A stretch of DNA of 56,127 nucleotides from a virus (taxonomy: Duplodnaviria > Caudoviricetes). The notes beneath the pieces are model-generated. The model made no database searches. It worked only from the letters and a program-made list of their open reading frames with translations, and was not told where the DNA came from. Location: the IMG/VR virus record IMGVR_UViG_3300017956_005956, positions 1-56,127 of that record, one strand, 5' to 3'. The position numbers and the translations under genes were made by a program. Position 1 is the first letter of the stretch. Each line of letters begins with the position of its first letter. Positions 17,044 to 26,681 of the stretch are shown piece by piece.

Positions 17044-19586
17044 GCATACCCTATTAGCATAACACGTTTATAGCCTTTAAGTTGTAATTCTCCTTCGTAT
17101 AATATTTTTTCCATAGGAAATACTTTTTTCATATGATCAATACTATGTACACAGTTTACATGTTCAGGTATTCCGAAAAAATTATTATTTTGGATTACAA
17201 CCAAAGGTTTTTTTGTCCATTTTTTAAAACGTATTTGATTAAACCATTCGGTTGACATGTGCTCTGAACTTGTATTGATTATTAAATCTGGTAAAAATTT
17301 TTCTATATATATTTCTGCAGTTTTAAAATTTTCAATTTCCCATTCGTAGCCATTTTCATGTAAGGTAAGATTATTAATATCTGCATTTATTGCTTTAACT
17401 TTATGATCCTCTAATCTACGTAAATTAAAATTGTAATCACTTTCTAAACAACAATCTTTGTCAAGTTCTATATTTCTAAATTTTGCAAAGGTAATTTCAT
17501 TCATGCTTTGATTTCCAAATAAATCAATTAACTGTCCATACCACCCTGCTAATAAAACTATATTATCAAAATTTTTGTTAATTTTAGATAATTCATTAAC
17601 CAACCAAATTTTACTACGCATTTGACTACGACTAAGTGCATCTGATAAAATCTTTAAATTTTTTCCTTTTTTTATAAAATCTCTCACAAATCTAAAATAT
17701 CTTGTATTTTTTCCATCATTATTAGTTAAACAATCTAAAATTAAATCGTCGATCAAAATTTCTTGCTTTTCAGAATTATACTTAGCTTTAGGCAAAAAAT
17801 GACTTATAATAGCACTTACTGGATCTTGAGCATAAGCAATATTCAACACAAAATCTATATTTTCTGCAACATTTTTTTCAGACTTATATAAGCAGTACTC
17901 GTGCAAGCCATGTAAAAATTCAATATTTTTATTTTCTATTTTAGGAAAATCTATACTATCTACTTTCACATTGTTAAATTCTTGAAATTTAATTTTTAAC
18001 CAATCAAAATCATTTATTTTTGATAACTCTTCAATATCTCCAGAATTTTTAATGCCATATTCTTTACCTTGATTAGCACCTTTAATTGCATATTCTCCAA
18101 ATAGCCTATCCTTGCCATAATCACTGCACCAACGTTCTAATCTTTCATCTGTTTCTTTTTGCTTTTGTCTATCAATTACTGCACTTGCTAACTTGCAACA
18201 CTCTCTAAACGCACTCCGCCAAGTAGTAAATTCATCTGTATTGAAACGTGTATAATTACTTACAGCGTCCATTTTCTTAAAATGTCTACTTATACTTGTA
18301 GTCATATCAGGTTTTGATAAATCCATATTACGTGTCATATCTGTAGGTAATAATTTTACACCACCATACCCATATTCTAAATCATTTATAGGATTTTTGC
18401 TACGCCAGACATGTACAAACTGTTTTTCAGTATCAGGAACTACATAATCAAAACAAAAATCTTCTACTATTTCAGCATCACCATCTACTACCCACATCAT
18501 ATCAGTTTCGCATATCTCTGCGGCTGCTATATGGGCTTGATGTATACCTTTTACTTTATGAATCCTTTTTACATTTGTAAATCTGTTTTTTAATTTATTG
18601 TAATTTTCTGCACCATTTAATTCGTTATATGTGATCATTACAATATCGTAGCTTGCTGTTTCTTTATCAGTAGCTAACCAAGGATGCTTTGGTCTAACGC
18701 TATTTGTAAATGTAGTTTTATGAAATTTACTTTGATCTATGCTTAACGGCAAGCTAGAAATAGGTATATCTAAATTTTGTTTAATTTTATCTCCAACATG
18801 TTGTGCGAGATCAACAGCATTATCTTCATCTATACCTGCTAATTCGTCATTCCATAAAGAATTTAAATAAGCAAAATCTCTAACATTTATAAAATTCCAA
18901 TCGGTACACATAGTCTTGTACAAACCCTGCCTAGCACCTAATATAGCATATATTCCATTTTTTACATCTTGTCCTGTCATACACCATATGTATAATCTAT
19001 GCAAATTTTTCCAATGTATTTTATTAAATTCTTCTATAGACGGTTTAACACCTTCTAATAAACACATTTTAACACCTTCTCTAAACCCAGCTCGCCATGC
19101 TTGTTGAGGTGTAAAGTTATTTTCTACAACACTCATAGACTTTTGCATTGTAATATATTCTATATCCCAGCAAAAATCAACTTGTGCATGTATATTATCC
19201 GGATCAGCATTCTCGTGCGTTTTTATATCAAGCAAGGTTTGCTTGTCCCAACATTTAATACCGCCGTTGCCATAAATTAAGCCATTTATAATATTCCTTC
19301 CTGGCCAACTAATTACATTTTTTGTTATATCAACATTCTTTTTAAATCTAATTTGCTCATGTAAAAATTCTATATCTACAATGTTATCGCCATCAATTAT
19401 TACTAACCTATCTGTTTCACTTATTTTAGCACATTCTTTATGAGCAGAATCTGATCCATAAACGTTATGAACTCGTTTTGCCCATGGTACTTTTAATAAT
19501 AAATCTGCATAATTTTTTTCAGCATTTGGCTCATCATATGAAAGATATATAAAATCTAATTCTGATATTTTTAAAATATTATTCAT
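17040..19586 (-). CDS. Fusion of two tandem GT-A glycosyltransferase-like domains and a C-terminal class I SAM-dependent methyltransferase-like domain
   Basis: Duplicated domain with DxD motifs (IIDGD, VVDGD), YGxGGxK and WRxxFRE. C-terminal SKIWL...LLAGWYG...NIELD...ADIN...LIINTSSEHM resembles methyltransferase motifs. Confidence 0.7.
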   Translation of the reverse strand: MNNILKISELDFIYLSYDEPNAEKNYADLLLKVPWAKRVHNVYGSDSAHKECAKISETDRLVIIDGDNIVDIEFLHEQIRFKKNVDITKNVISWPGRNIINGLIYGNGGIKCWDKQTLLDIKTHENADPDNIHAQVDFCWDIEYITMQKSMSVVENNFTPQQAWRAGFREGVKMCLLEGVKPSIEEFNKIHWKNLHRLYIWCMTGQDVKNGIYAILGARQGLYKTMCTDWNFINVRDFAYLNSLWNDELAGIDEDNAVDLAQHVGDKIKQNLDIPISSLPLSIDQSKFHKTTFTNSVRPKHPWLATDKETASYDIVMITYNELNGAENYNKLKNRFTNVKRIHKVKGIHQAHIAAAEICETDMMWVVDGDAEIVEDFCFDYVVPDTEKQFVHVWRSKNPINDLEYGYGGVKLLPTDMTRNMDLSKPDMTTSISRHFKKMDAVSNYTRFNTDEFTTWRSAFRECCKLASAVIDRQKQKETDERLERWCSDYGKDRLFGEYAIKGANQGKEYGIKNSGDIEELSKINDFDWLKIKFQEFNNVKVDSIDFPKIENKNIEFLHGLHEYCLYKSEKNVAENIDFVLNIAYAQDPVSAIISHFLPKAKYNSEKQEILIDDLILDCLTNNDGKNTRYFRFVRDFIKKGKNLKILSDALSRSQMRSKIWLVNELSKINKNFDNIVLLAGWYGQLIDLFGNQSMNEITFAKFRNIELDKDCCLESDYNFNLRRLEDHKVKAINADINNLTLHENGYEWEIENFKTAEIYIEKFLPDLIINTSSEHMSTEWFNQIRFKKWTKKPLVVIQNNNFFGIPEHVNCVHSIDHMKKVFPMEKILYEGELQLKGYKRVMLIGYA

Positions 19587-20115
19587 TATAAATTACGTAA
19601 TTAAATATTTGCATTGTATTTTTTATAAAAATATTAATTAAGTTTGGGTTTTTTTCTTTATCAAATAAGAAAGGTATTTCTATTTCTTTTTGTGTCTTAA
19701 CTTTAATTAAATTTATTGAAAGCAATCTTATTAAATTATTAGGATTATCTATTTCACAAATACTTATATGAGCATCTGTTGGTAATTGTTCTAATGAGAA
19801 ATCAGCATTATATTTGATAATCCATAATTTTTTTTTAAAATTGTTAATTATTGTAAAAGTAGATTTTATATCTGTTACAGGAATTTTTTTTAATCTTATA
19901 CTAGTATCGTAAAAATTTTTTTTATTAGTATTAATTACAACGTGCCTAGATAAAATTTTATCAAATATAACTTTGTAATTGCATAAATTACCTTTTGCAT
20001 TTTCTATACCATTTAAATCTTCTTTTTCTAAAACAATATAATTATTATGAGTTGGCGGAACATTACTAAATTGTGTGACAAAAAAAGTATTCTTATTATA
20101 GGAAATATAAAACAT
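19579..20115 (-). CDS. Hypothetical protein
   Basis: 178-aa ORF translationally coupled on both sides; no recognisable motif. Confidence 0.6.
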   Translation of the reverse strand: MFYISYNKNTFFVTQFSNVPPTHNNYIVLEKEDLNGIENAKGNLCNYKVIFDKILSRHVVINTNKKNFYDTSIRLKKIPVTDIKSTFTIINNFKKKLWIIKYNADFSLEQLPTDAHISICEIDNPNNLIRLLSINLIKVKTQKEIEIPFLFDKEKNPNLINIFIKNTMQIFNYVIYNE

Positions 20116-20945
20116 TACTGCTTACTTTCAAATTTAGCAATTAAATCGTCAGATAAAAAATCATTATTAACATAATGAAAAATTCCATGTTGTTTGTAAT
20201 TTCCAACAAAAAAATTAAAATTATTATCTAAATAAAATTCTATGTTACTCAACCACGATTCTCCATTAAAATATCTCCAGCCTTGACTTTTTGTTTTCAT
20301 GTGAACAAAATGGAAAAAATTTTTATTAAAATTTTTAATATCTAACATTTGAAATACAATTGCAGTTATAACATCCATACTAGGATTTTTAGGCTGTTTT
20401 TCTTTTAAAAATATATCATAAAAATTCTTCCAATTATTTGCTACCAAGTTAATTAAACTAAAAAAATGTTCACTTTTGTCTGTTTTTTTAAAATAATAAA
20501 TTCCAGAGTAAACATTTGGCAATTTATTTGCCTTAAATGCTTTTCTGTAAACACAATTTATTATTTTTTCTCCCCTATAGTTATATACTGACATTGGATA
20601 ATAAAAATCATATGTATCGATAAAATCCCATACATTATTTAAATTATCTAAAATAAGTGTGTCACTATCTAAAACAATTGTAGCACGATATGGAGTATAA
20701 TCATATATTCTAGCCCTATTTAGAGTATGATATCTATTTTCCGGCATAGCATCTATTGTAATTACATTTTCAAACAACTTCAAAATTTTTTGGCTTATTA
20801 AATTATTTTTTGTTGTAATTAATGAAACTGGCTGTTTATTTTTATATTTTATAGTTAATGCTGCTAGATATGCTTGTTTTATATGTTCACTTCCGTCAGC
20901 ATAAATTACAAATCCCCTATCAGTTTCCACAAATACATCTTTCAA
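20115..20945 (-). CDS. Putative nucleotide-diphospho-sugar transferase (GT-A fold)
   Basis: RGFVIYA N-terminal strand, YDYTPYRATIVLDSD (DxD), late HY motif; paralogous to the upstream ORF. Start may be GTG at 20930. Confidence 0.65.
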   Translation of the reverse strand: MKDVFVETDRGFVIYADGSEHIKQAYLAALTIKYKNKQPVSLITTKNNLISQKILKLFENVITIDAMPENRYHTLNRARIYDYTPYRATIVLDSDTLILDNLNNVWDFIDTYDFYYPMSVYNYRGEKIINCVYRKAFKANKLPNVYSGIYYFKKTDKSEHFFSLINLVANNWKNFYDIFLKEKQPKNPSMDVITAIVFQMLDIKNFNKNFFHFVHMKTKSQGWRYFNGESWLSNIEFYLDNNFNFFVGNYKQHGIFHYVNNDFLSDDLIAKFESKQ

Positions 20946-21750
20946 GACTAAATTTATTCATAATATGAACATTTAAATTAGATACATTAGCAAAATAAAG
21001 ATTACTATTATTTTTTTCCTTTTCAATTAAAAATGTTGCGTAATTATCATTTAATTTAAAACAAAATTCTCTATCAGTTATGTAAAATAATTTTCCTGGC
21101 ATTTTGTTTACAAACGATCCTTGTTTATATCCATTTATAATATGTATTGCAATACTAAAAGCAAAATCATTTCTAAAAAATGTTTGACTTATACCAAATA
21201 AATTTTTATAATGATTCCAATATTCCTCTACATGAGCTACTAAATTAAAAAAAATTTCATTTTCAATACATTTTCTAAAAAAAATAACTGTTGCCCAATA
21301 AAATTTTATACCTTTATCATTTATATATTTGTAATCTTGATATTCTTTTAACCCACTCAAAGGAAAACATTCGTCATACATCAGTAAATTGTTTACATTA
21401 CTAAAACAATTCTTAAATACATCATTATACAAAACAACATCTGTATCAATTACAATAGTTTCATCATACGGAGTCAAAGCGTATGACTGCGATCTGCAAT
21501 AATTTTTAAATTCTAAAGATTCAAAACTTTCACCATCTCTATATGGTCGATTTTTTACTTTATGATTATAATCTAATTTAATTATTTTATCAAAAGAATT
21601 TTTGCAATTATCTAAATCTATACTGTTATCAGTTACAATAGATACTGGTAAATTTAGTTTGTCTTTTACATTTTTACTTAAAAATTTAGCTTGTTCAATA
21701 TAATTAATAGATTTATTATTAAAAGCAAAAACTAAAAAGCCTTTAGTCAT
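20920..21750 (-). CDS. Putative nucleotide-diphospho-sugar transferase (GT-A fold)
   Basis: KGFLVFA, YALTPYDETIVIDTD (DxD), FRNDFAFSIA, HIMNK. Confidence 0.65.
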   Translation of the reverse strand: MTKGFLVFAFNNKSINYIEQAKFLSKNVKDKLNLPVSIVTDNSIDLDNCKNSFDKIIKLDYNHKVKNRPYRDGESFESLEFKNYCRSQSYALTPYDETIVIDTDVVLYNDVFKNCFSNVNNLLMYDECFPLSGLKEYQDYKYINDKGIKFYWATVIFFRKCIENEIFFNLVAHVEEYWNHYKNLFGISQTFFRNDFAFSIAIHIINGYKQGSFVNKMPGKLFYITDREFCFKLNDNYATFLIEKEKNNSNLYFANVSNLNVHIMNKFSLERCICGN

Positions 21751-22091
21751 AGATTTATTATTGATTCAATTGTTCTAGATTTAATCAATTTGTTATAATC
21801 TTCGTAATACTGTTGTACAGAACTTCTATATATGTTTTGTATGTTGTTGTAGAAATCATTTACATTTACGCACGTAGGCATTCCATTATCATCTATTAAA
21901 ATTGCAGAAACTATCTTTTCTAAATTTAAATAATTTAAATAATTTAATAAATCTAAAGTTATTGTGAATGTCCCGCCAGAAAAATAATAGACAATGCTCT
22001 CGTCAAAACTTTTCTTTAATAAATCTTTTTGATTATTAAGGGTTTGTATATAATTTGAAAAATCTAAAGCTTTCTCAAGCCTTTCATCCAT
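21747..22091 (-). CDS. Hypothetical protein (possible tail fibre assembly/chaperone-like)
   Basis: 114-aa ORF after an AAGG RBS, between structural and GT genes. The function guess comes from position only. Confidence 0.6.
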   Translation of the reverse strand: MDERLEKALDFSNYIQTLNNQKDLLKKSFDESIVYYFSGGTFTITLDLLNYLNYLNLEKIVSAILIDDNGMPTCVNVNDFYNNIQNIYRSSVQQYYEDYNKLIKSRTIESIINL

Positions 22092-22098
22092 TTATACC

Positions 22099-23076
22099 TT
22101 ATAAAGTGTTAGGATTAGTTACTGATGGTATTGCACGAGAGACCCATGAGCCAGTTGCTGTTCTTGTAGTTATATTTACACTTATTGGTAAAGTAACCGG
22201 TTCGTCAGTCGAATAGGAAAATCCATCACTAGGAGTTGTATCGTCACCTATGTCTTTATCATTTAATCTAATGTAGTATTGTATTGTTGCGCCGTTATCT
22301 ATACATCTAACTTGAATAAATCCTTCATTTTCAGCATAATCTCCGCCAGCAGTTGATGTATCATTAGTGCTCGTAAGTAATGTTATCCAATTACCCGGGT
22401 AAAGTGCATTAGCAGTGCTTGCCGTTGCTTCCCTTGATGCATGGGTTGCTGTATAGTTCATGTTTGCAATTAAATTTTTCCAATTTTGATTTTTTTGAGC
22501 ACTTGCACCAGTTCCAATAGATCCTGTTGTCCAGGTAAAGATTATTTGCCCACCACTATTGAAAAAAAATCTTCTATTCTCGTTTGATCCGAAAGCAATT
22601 GTAAAATATGCATCTCTCCATTCAGTTGTTGATTTATTTCCGCCCCACGACGATGGTGTAGAATTATTAAAATGAGAAGTATCTGTATATTGGCCATTTG
22701 CTAAATTAAGTTTATTAGTATCAATTTGATTTACATAATAAAAATATTGATTATAGGTTGCGTCTGCTGTACTTGTACCAGCTGAAATAAAATCATCAGT
22801 AGCAACTTCTCCTAAATTAAAAGTTGCTGTTGTTTGGTGCTTCCAACATTTTTCTATATCTGCTCTTAAATTTGCCATATGTTGGGCAGAAACTAAATCT
22901 CCATCTATATCATTCAAAATATCATTACCAGTAACTTGTGTACTAACTGTAGATTGACCGTACCCGTATCTGTCTTCGCCTGTTCCTAAAATTTTTACAA
23001 CTCTATCTCTTAATAAATTATAATTGTCAGCATCAATAGATCCGCCTACCGAAACACCACTTGCAAGTGTAACCAT
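22099..23076 (-). CDS. Putative virion structural (tail/baseplate-associated) protein
   Basis: Thr/Ser/Gly/Asn-rich, beta-type composition; strong AGGAG RBS; preceded by TATAAATA; follows the tail-fibre-like genes. Confidence 0.6.
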   Translation of the reverse strand: MVTLASGVSVGGSIDADNYNLLRDRVVKILGTGEDRYGYGQSTVSTQVTGNDILNDIDGDLVSAQHMANLRADIEKCWKHQTTATFNLGEVATDDFISAGTSTADATYNQYFYYVNQIDTNKLNLANGQYTDTSHFNNSTPSSWGGNKSTTEWRDAYFTIAFGSNENRRFFFNSGGQIIFTWTTGSIGTGASAQKNQNWKNLIANMNYTATHASREATASTANALYPGNWITLLTSTNDTSTAGGDYAENEGFIQVRCIDNGATIQYYIRLNDKDIGDDTTPSDGFSYSTDEPVTLPISVNITTRTATGSWVSRAIPSVTNPNTL

Positions 23077-23094
23077 ACTTAAACTCCTATCCTT

Positions 23095-23102
23095 TATTTA
23101 TA
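23095..23102 (-). promoter_or_regulatory. T4-type late promoter box TATAAATA
   Basis: Minus strand reads GTATAAATAAAGGATAGGAGTTTAAGT-ATG: exact T4 late consensus followed by RBS and the start at 23076. Confidence 0.6.
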
Positions 23103-24636
23103 CAACAATTTCAATTAACTCAATATTATCTGAATGTTTGTTTTTTAAGACTCTTCCAATAATGCAAGCAGAATGAGGCAATGCCATTTTATCCGCAACA
23201 ACAGCAACTCCGGGTATATCTGATGTTATCAAAAAATCTCCTTTCATTGCTTTTCCTGTTACTAAACACGGAACTCTTCCCTTTACTGCTACAGGTATAC
23301 CATCTAAAACACTATTCATTAAATGAGCAGGTTGACTTGAAACTACTCCTATTACATCAACACTACAATAAGAACTACTTACTGTAACTTCTTTCTTTCC
23401 ACCAATTACCAATACTGTGCCAGGCTTATAAACTTTATCTGAAGCGTAATTTTCTGCTAAATCAGCATATTGTGCTTGGGTTGCTGTTCCACTAAAAAGA
23501 TTACCGTAGATAGTACCAGTTGCATCACGAACAACTATCGTACGAGTATTTTCAACATGATTAACATTTGCCTGTATGTATTCAACTGCTGCATCACTAT
23601 TTTCATCTATGTAAATACCTTTTAGTAAATCCGAACTATCCGCTGTACCTTTGAAATTGCTTGCAAAAACATTTACAAAACTATGGGTCGAACTACCAAT
23701 ATCAACATTTCTTGTTCCGGAAAAATTATTTAAATATCCTGGTAAAATATTTTCTGCTTCTATTCTTAATGGCATTGCAAGATTTAAATTTTGATCTTTT
23801 ACTTGAAAATACATATGAGCTCCTTGCTCATTTGCAATTACAACTTGATTTCCATTTTCTATATAAATTTTACAATCTAAATCATCCCCTATTGCAATTC
23901 CAGGATCTTTAAATCTAACCAAAGTATCAAAACTTACATCTTAAGTTAGAATAAATTTATCAAGAGTAAGTCCGCTAAATCTGTCAGTATTTGTAGCTGT
24001 TCCCCACCATCTATGCTCTGTTGATGTGACACCACTTGTTGAATTTATTGTATTTTTTAATGTCAATCCTTTATGAATTTTATCAAACCCAGGATAATTT
24101 GTTTGTTGATCAGGATGTATAAAAAAGTCAACTTGACTAATTATATGAATTACTTCATCATCAATAACACTTACAATCACAGGCTGATTAATGTAAGGCG
24201 GTGCTGCATCCTTTATAAATCTACTTTGCATTTGCGTAAGACCGTCGCCTACTCCTTGCGGTCCAACTAATATCCATTCAGTTCCATTATATGCATATCA
24301 TTGTTCGTTATTTGTATCCCACCAAAAATCTCCTGCTGTTAAACCAGCAGGTGCTTCAGATGAGACTTCTGCTCCGCTTGCGACTCTCCAAATAATACCG
24401 TCGTAAAATTTAAGTTTACTATTATTTGTATCAAACCAAATTTGTCCTCTGATAGCTTTTGGCGGTTCGTTATCTCCGGCAAAATTTTCTAACAAAAAAA
24501 CAAAATTTTCATTTTGTATTTCTCCATAACCTGCATAATTTTTGCCAACTAATTTTAAATCAGTTGTCTGATCAAGTGTTCCATCTTGAACAATGGTTAT
24601 TTGTTCATTATTGTATGTATTAATAATATACGCCAT
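23098..24636 (-). pseudogene. Tail-fibre-like gene (~512 codons) with a C-terminal peptidase G2-like/intramolecular chaperone domain, interrupted by two in-frame stops
   Basis: ORFs 24298..24636, 23941..24231 and 23098..23922 are all in one frame: ...WWDTNNEQ*YAYNGTEWILVGPQG... (TGA 24298-24300) and ...DKFILT*DVSFDTLVRF... (TAA 23941-23943). N-terminus is paralogous to the two upstream fibre genes; C-terminus reads YADLAENY...GVVS...GRVPC. Could also be sequence error. Confidence 0.7.
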
Positions 24637-24644
24637 ATTTTTTC

Positions 24645-26675
24645 CTAATTAACTGTAATTCGATTTACACCAGTGCTTACCCATGTTAAACCATTACTTT
24701 CAAATTTATATATAAATCTTTCAACCTCAATCTCTACATTAGTTGCTGCACCTTGTGCAAATGGATTAGGAACTATATCTTCAACTACCGAAACTGTTGA
24801 ACTATTATCTACATTTCTAACAGGTACAATTGATTTAAATAACACTGCTTCATAATTATCTTCATCTGCAGAAATTGTTATTCCAAAATTTGCTGTAATT
24901 AGCTTAAAACGAGTTCCTAACACTCGTACTCTTGTTCCAATTAATGCATCTTCAATTGGAAGCATATAATTTAAAACTTGTCTTACATTATCAATGCTGC
25001 CTTCATAAAATGGCGTATTATCAGGGTCCCCGTCAACAATTAAACCATTTATATCTAAAGATAACAATATTTCTTTTCCTTGAACAGCTCTATCAACATA
25101 TTCTATTGTAGCTGCATAATTACGCATATCAGGATTTGTATATGAAGCTGGCCAGACTTGCGTAGCTAGATTTGTAATATTATTTCCGCTTACATTTAAA
25201 TCACCATTAGAATTAATAGTCAATCCAGTAACATTAGAACTTATAGTTGCAGAATTAATATAGATATTATCAACTAAAAGTTCTTGTAATTGTCCTACTG
25301 TTTCTAAATTAGATTCTACAACAGAATCATATAATCGTGTAGTTGATAATATAGTAGTTCCATTTATTTTGATACTAGGATCATCGACGTCATTTACATA
25401 TCCTGAACTTATTAAATTTAAATTTTGATTTATTGTCCATGCTTTAGTTGCTAAATTCCATGTAATTTTTTTGTCACCGTCGCTGCTTTTTAATAGTATT
25501 CCTCCTCCATTTACAGCATCGTTATCATAAGATACAGTTTCACTTGATGCTAACTCGATTAGCCTATCTTCTATTTTTAAATCTTGGGAGGTAATATATG
25601 TTACCTCTCCTAAAACATTTAGAGAACCGTCAACCTCAACTGATCCTTTTACATTCAAATTTCCATACAAATCAGCAGAAGGATATGTTGATAAAATATT
25701 ATAAGGAAGTCCGGGCCATATGTTAATTTTATATAAACTTGAATCAACTTGTAAAACATCTATTGAATTATTAGGAAATTGTGAATTTTTTACTTTAATA
25801 CCAAAATCTCCATCAATTTCTAAAGTTTCAATAGATGTAGTAGTTCCTACAATTTTAAAATCAACAAATGGTTTATCTCCTTTACCAATCGTTATTCCAG
25901 CACTATTCTTAATTTTTAAACTACCTGTTGTTTCCCCATTTGCATCAGTTGGCAAAAAATTAAGACTTGTTTTTTTATTTCCTTGATCATCTATTAAATA
26001 TTTGGCATTTGCAGCAGTACCATGATACCAAAATCCTTCAATTCCTGTTTCTGTTGACTGCTTGGCCAGATTAAAACCTTTTTTTAACTTTTGTCTCTTA
26101 GGATTTTGTGAATCGTTTGGATCTGCTTCTAATCCATTTATACTATATGCAACAGGAATAGTCATTGCAGCAGGCGAATATACTCCAACTAAAACTCCAC
26201 CTAAATATAATAACAAAACTGTCCGAGATACATTATTGATATCTAATTGCGTTCGTGATTCAAATCCTGTTTTACCCTGACCTACTTCATAATTTGGTCC
26301 TACTAGAGTTAAATCAGATCCGTCAAATAGATATAATCTATTATTTTTATTATCAATCCAGATGTCTCCCTCTATAAGATCATCGGGCCTAGAACTATTT
26401 ACAACTGTTCCTGTTGCAGATCTAAAAGCAATACCATTAAAAATTTTTAATCTGCCAACTGATTTATCATACCAAAGTTGTCCAGTTAACGGATTAGAAG
26501 GTTGCGATGTAGATGCAAAATTTTCTAATAATTTTACAAAATTTTCGTTTACCCATTCACCAAAACCTTTATAATTTCTACCAATTAAGATTAAATCTGT
26601 TGCATTACTATCAATAGTTCCGTCTGTTAAATCAACTAACAGTTCTCCATCAGTCCTGTTTATCCTATAACTCAT
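24645..26675 (-). CDS. Tail fibre / baseplate-attached fibre-like protein
   Basis: N-terminal LIGRNYKGFGEWVNENFVKLLENFA...GQLWYD...GDIWID shared with its neighbours; low-complexity beta-rich shaft and AATIEYVD motif. Confidence 0.7.
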   Translation of the reverse strand: MSYRINRTDGELLVDLTDGTIDSNATDLILIGRNYKGFGEWVNENFVKLLENFASTSQPSNPLTGQLWYDKSVGRLKIFNGIAFRSATGTVVNSSRPDDLIEGDIWIDNKNNRLYLFDGSDLTLVGPNYEVGQGKTGFESRTQLDINNVSRTVLLLYLGGVLVGVYSPAAMTIPVAYSINGLEADPNDSQNPKRQKLKKGFNLAKQSTETGIEGFWYHGTAANAKYLIDDQGNKKTSLNFLPTDANGETTGSLKIKNSAGITIGKGDKPFVDFKIVGTTTSIETLEIDGDFGIKVKNSQFPNNSIDVLQVDSSLYKINIWPGLPYNILSTYPSADLYGNLNVKGSVEVDGSLNVLGEVTYITSQDLKIEDRLIELASSETVSYDNDAVNGGGILLKSSDGDKKITWNLATKAWTINQNLNLISSGYVNDVDDPSIKINGTTILSTTRLYDSVVESNLETVGQLQELLVDNIYINSATISSNVTGLTINSNGDLNVSGNNITNLATQVWPASYTNPDMRNYAATIEYVDRAVQGKEILLSLDINGLIVDGDPDNTPFYEGSIDNVRQVLNYMLPIEDALIGTRVRVLGTRFKLITANFGITISADEDNYEAVLFKSIVPVRNVDNSSTVSVVEDIVPNPFAQGAATNVEIEVERFIYKFESNGLTWVSTGVNRITVN

Positions 26676-26681
26676 TTTAAT

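Noticed and set aside
23941-24300. Genome-wide stop codon reassignment as the cause of the in-frame stops
   Set aside because: The two stops differ (TGA and TAA), other genes end cleanly at TAA, TGA and TAG with coupled downstream starts, and very long ORFs are intact under the standard code.
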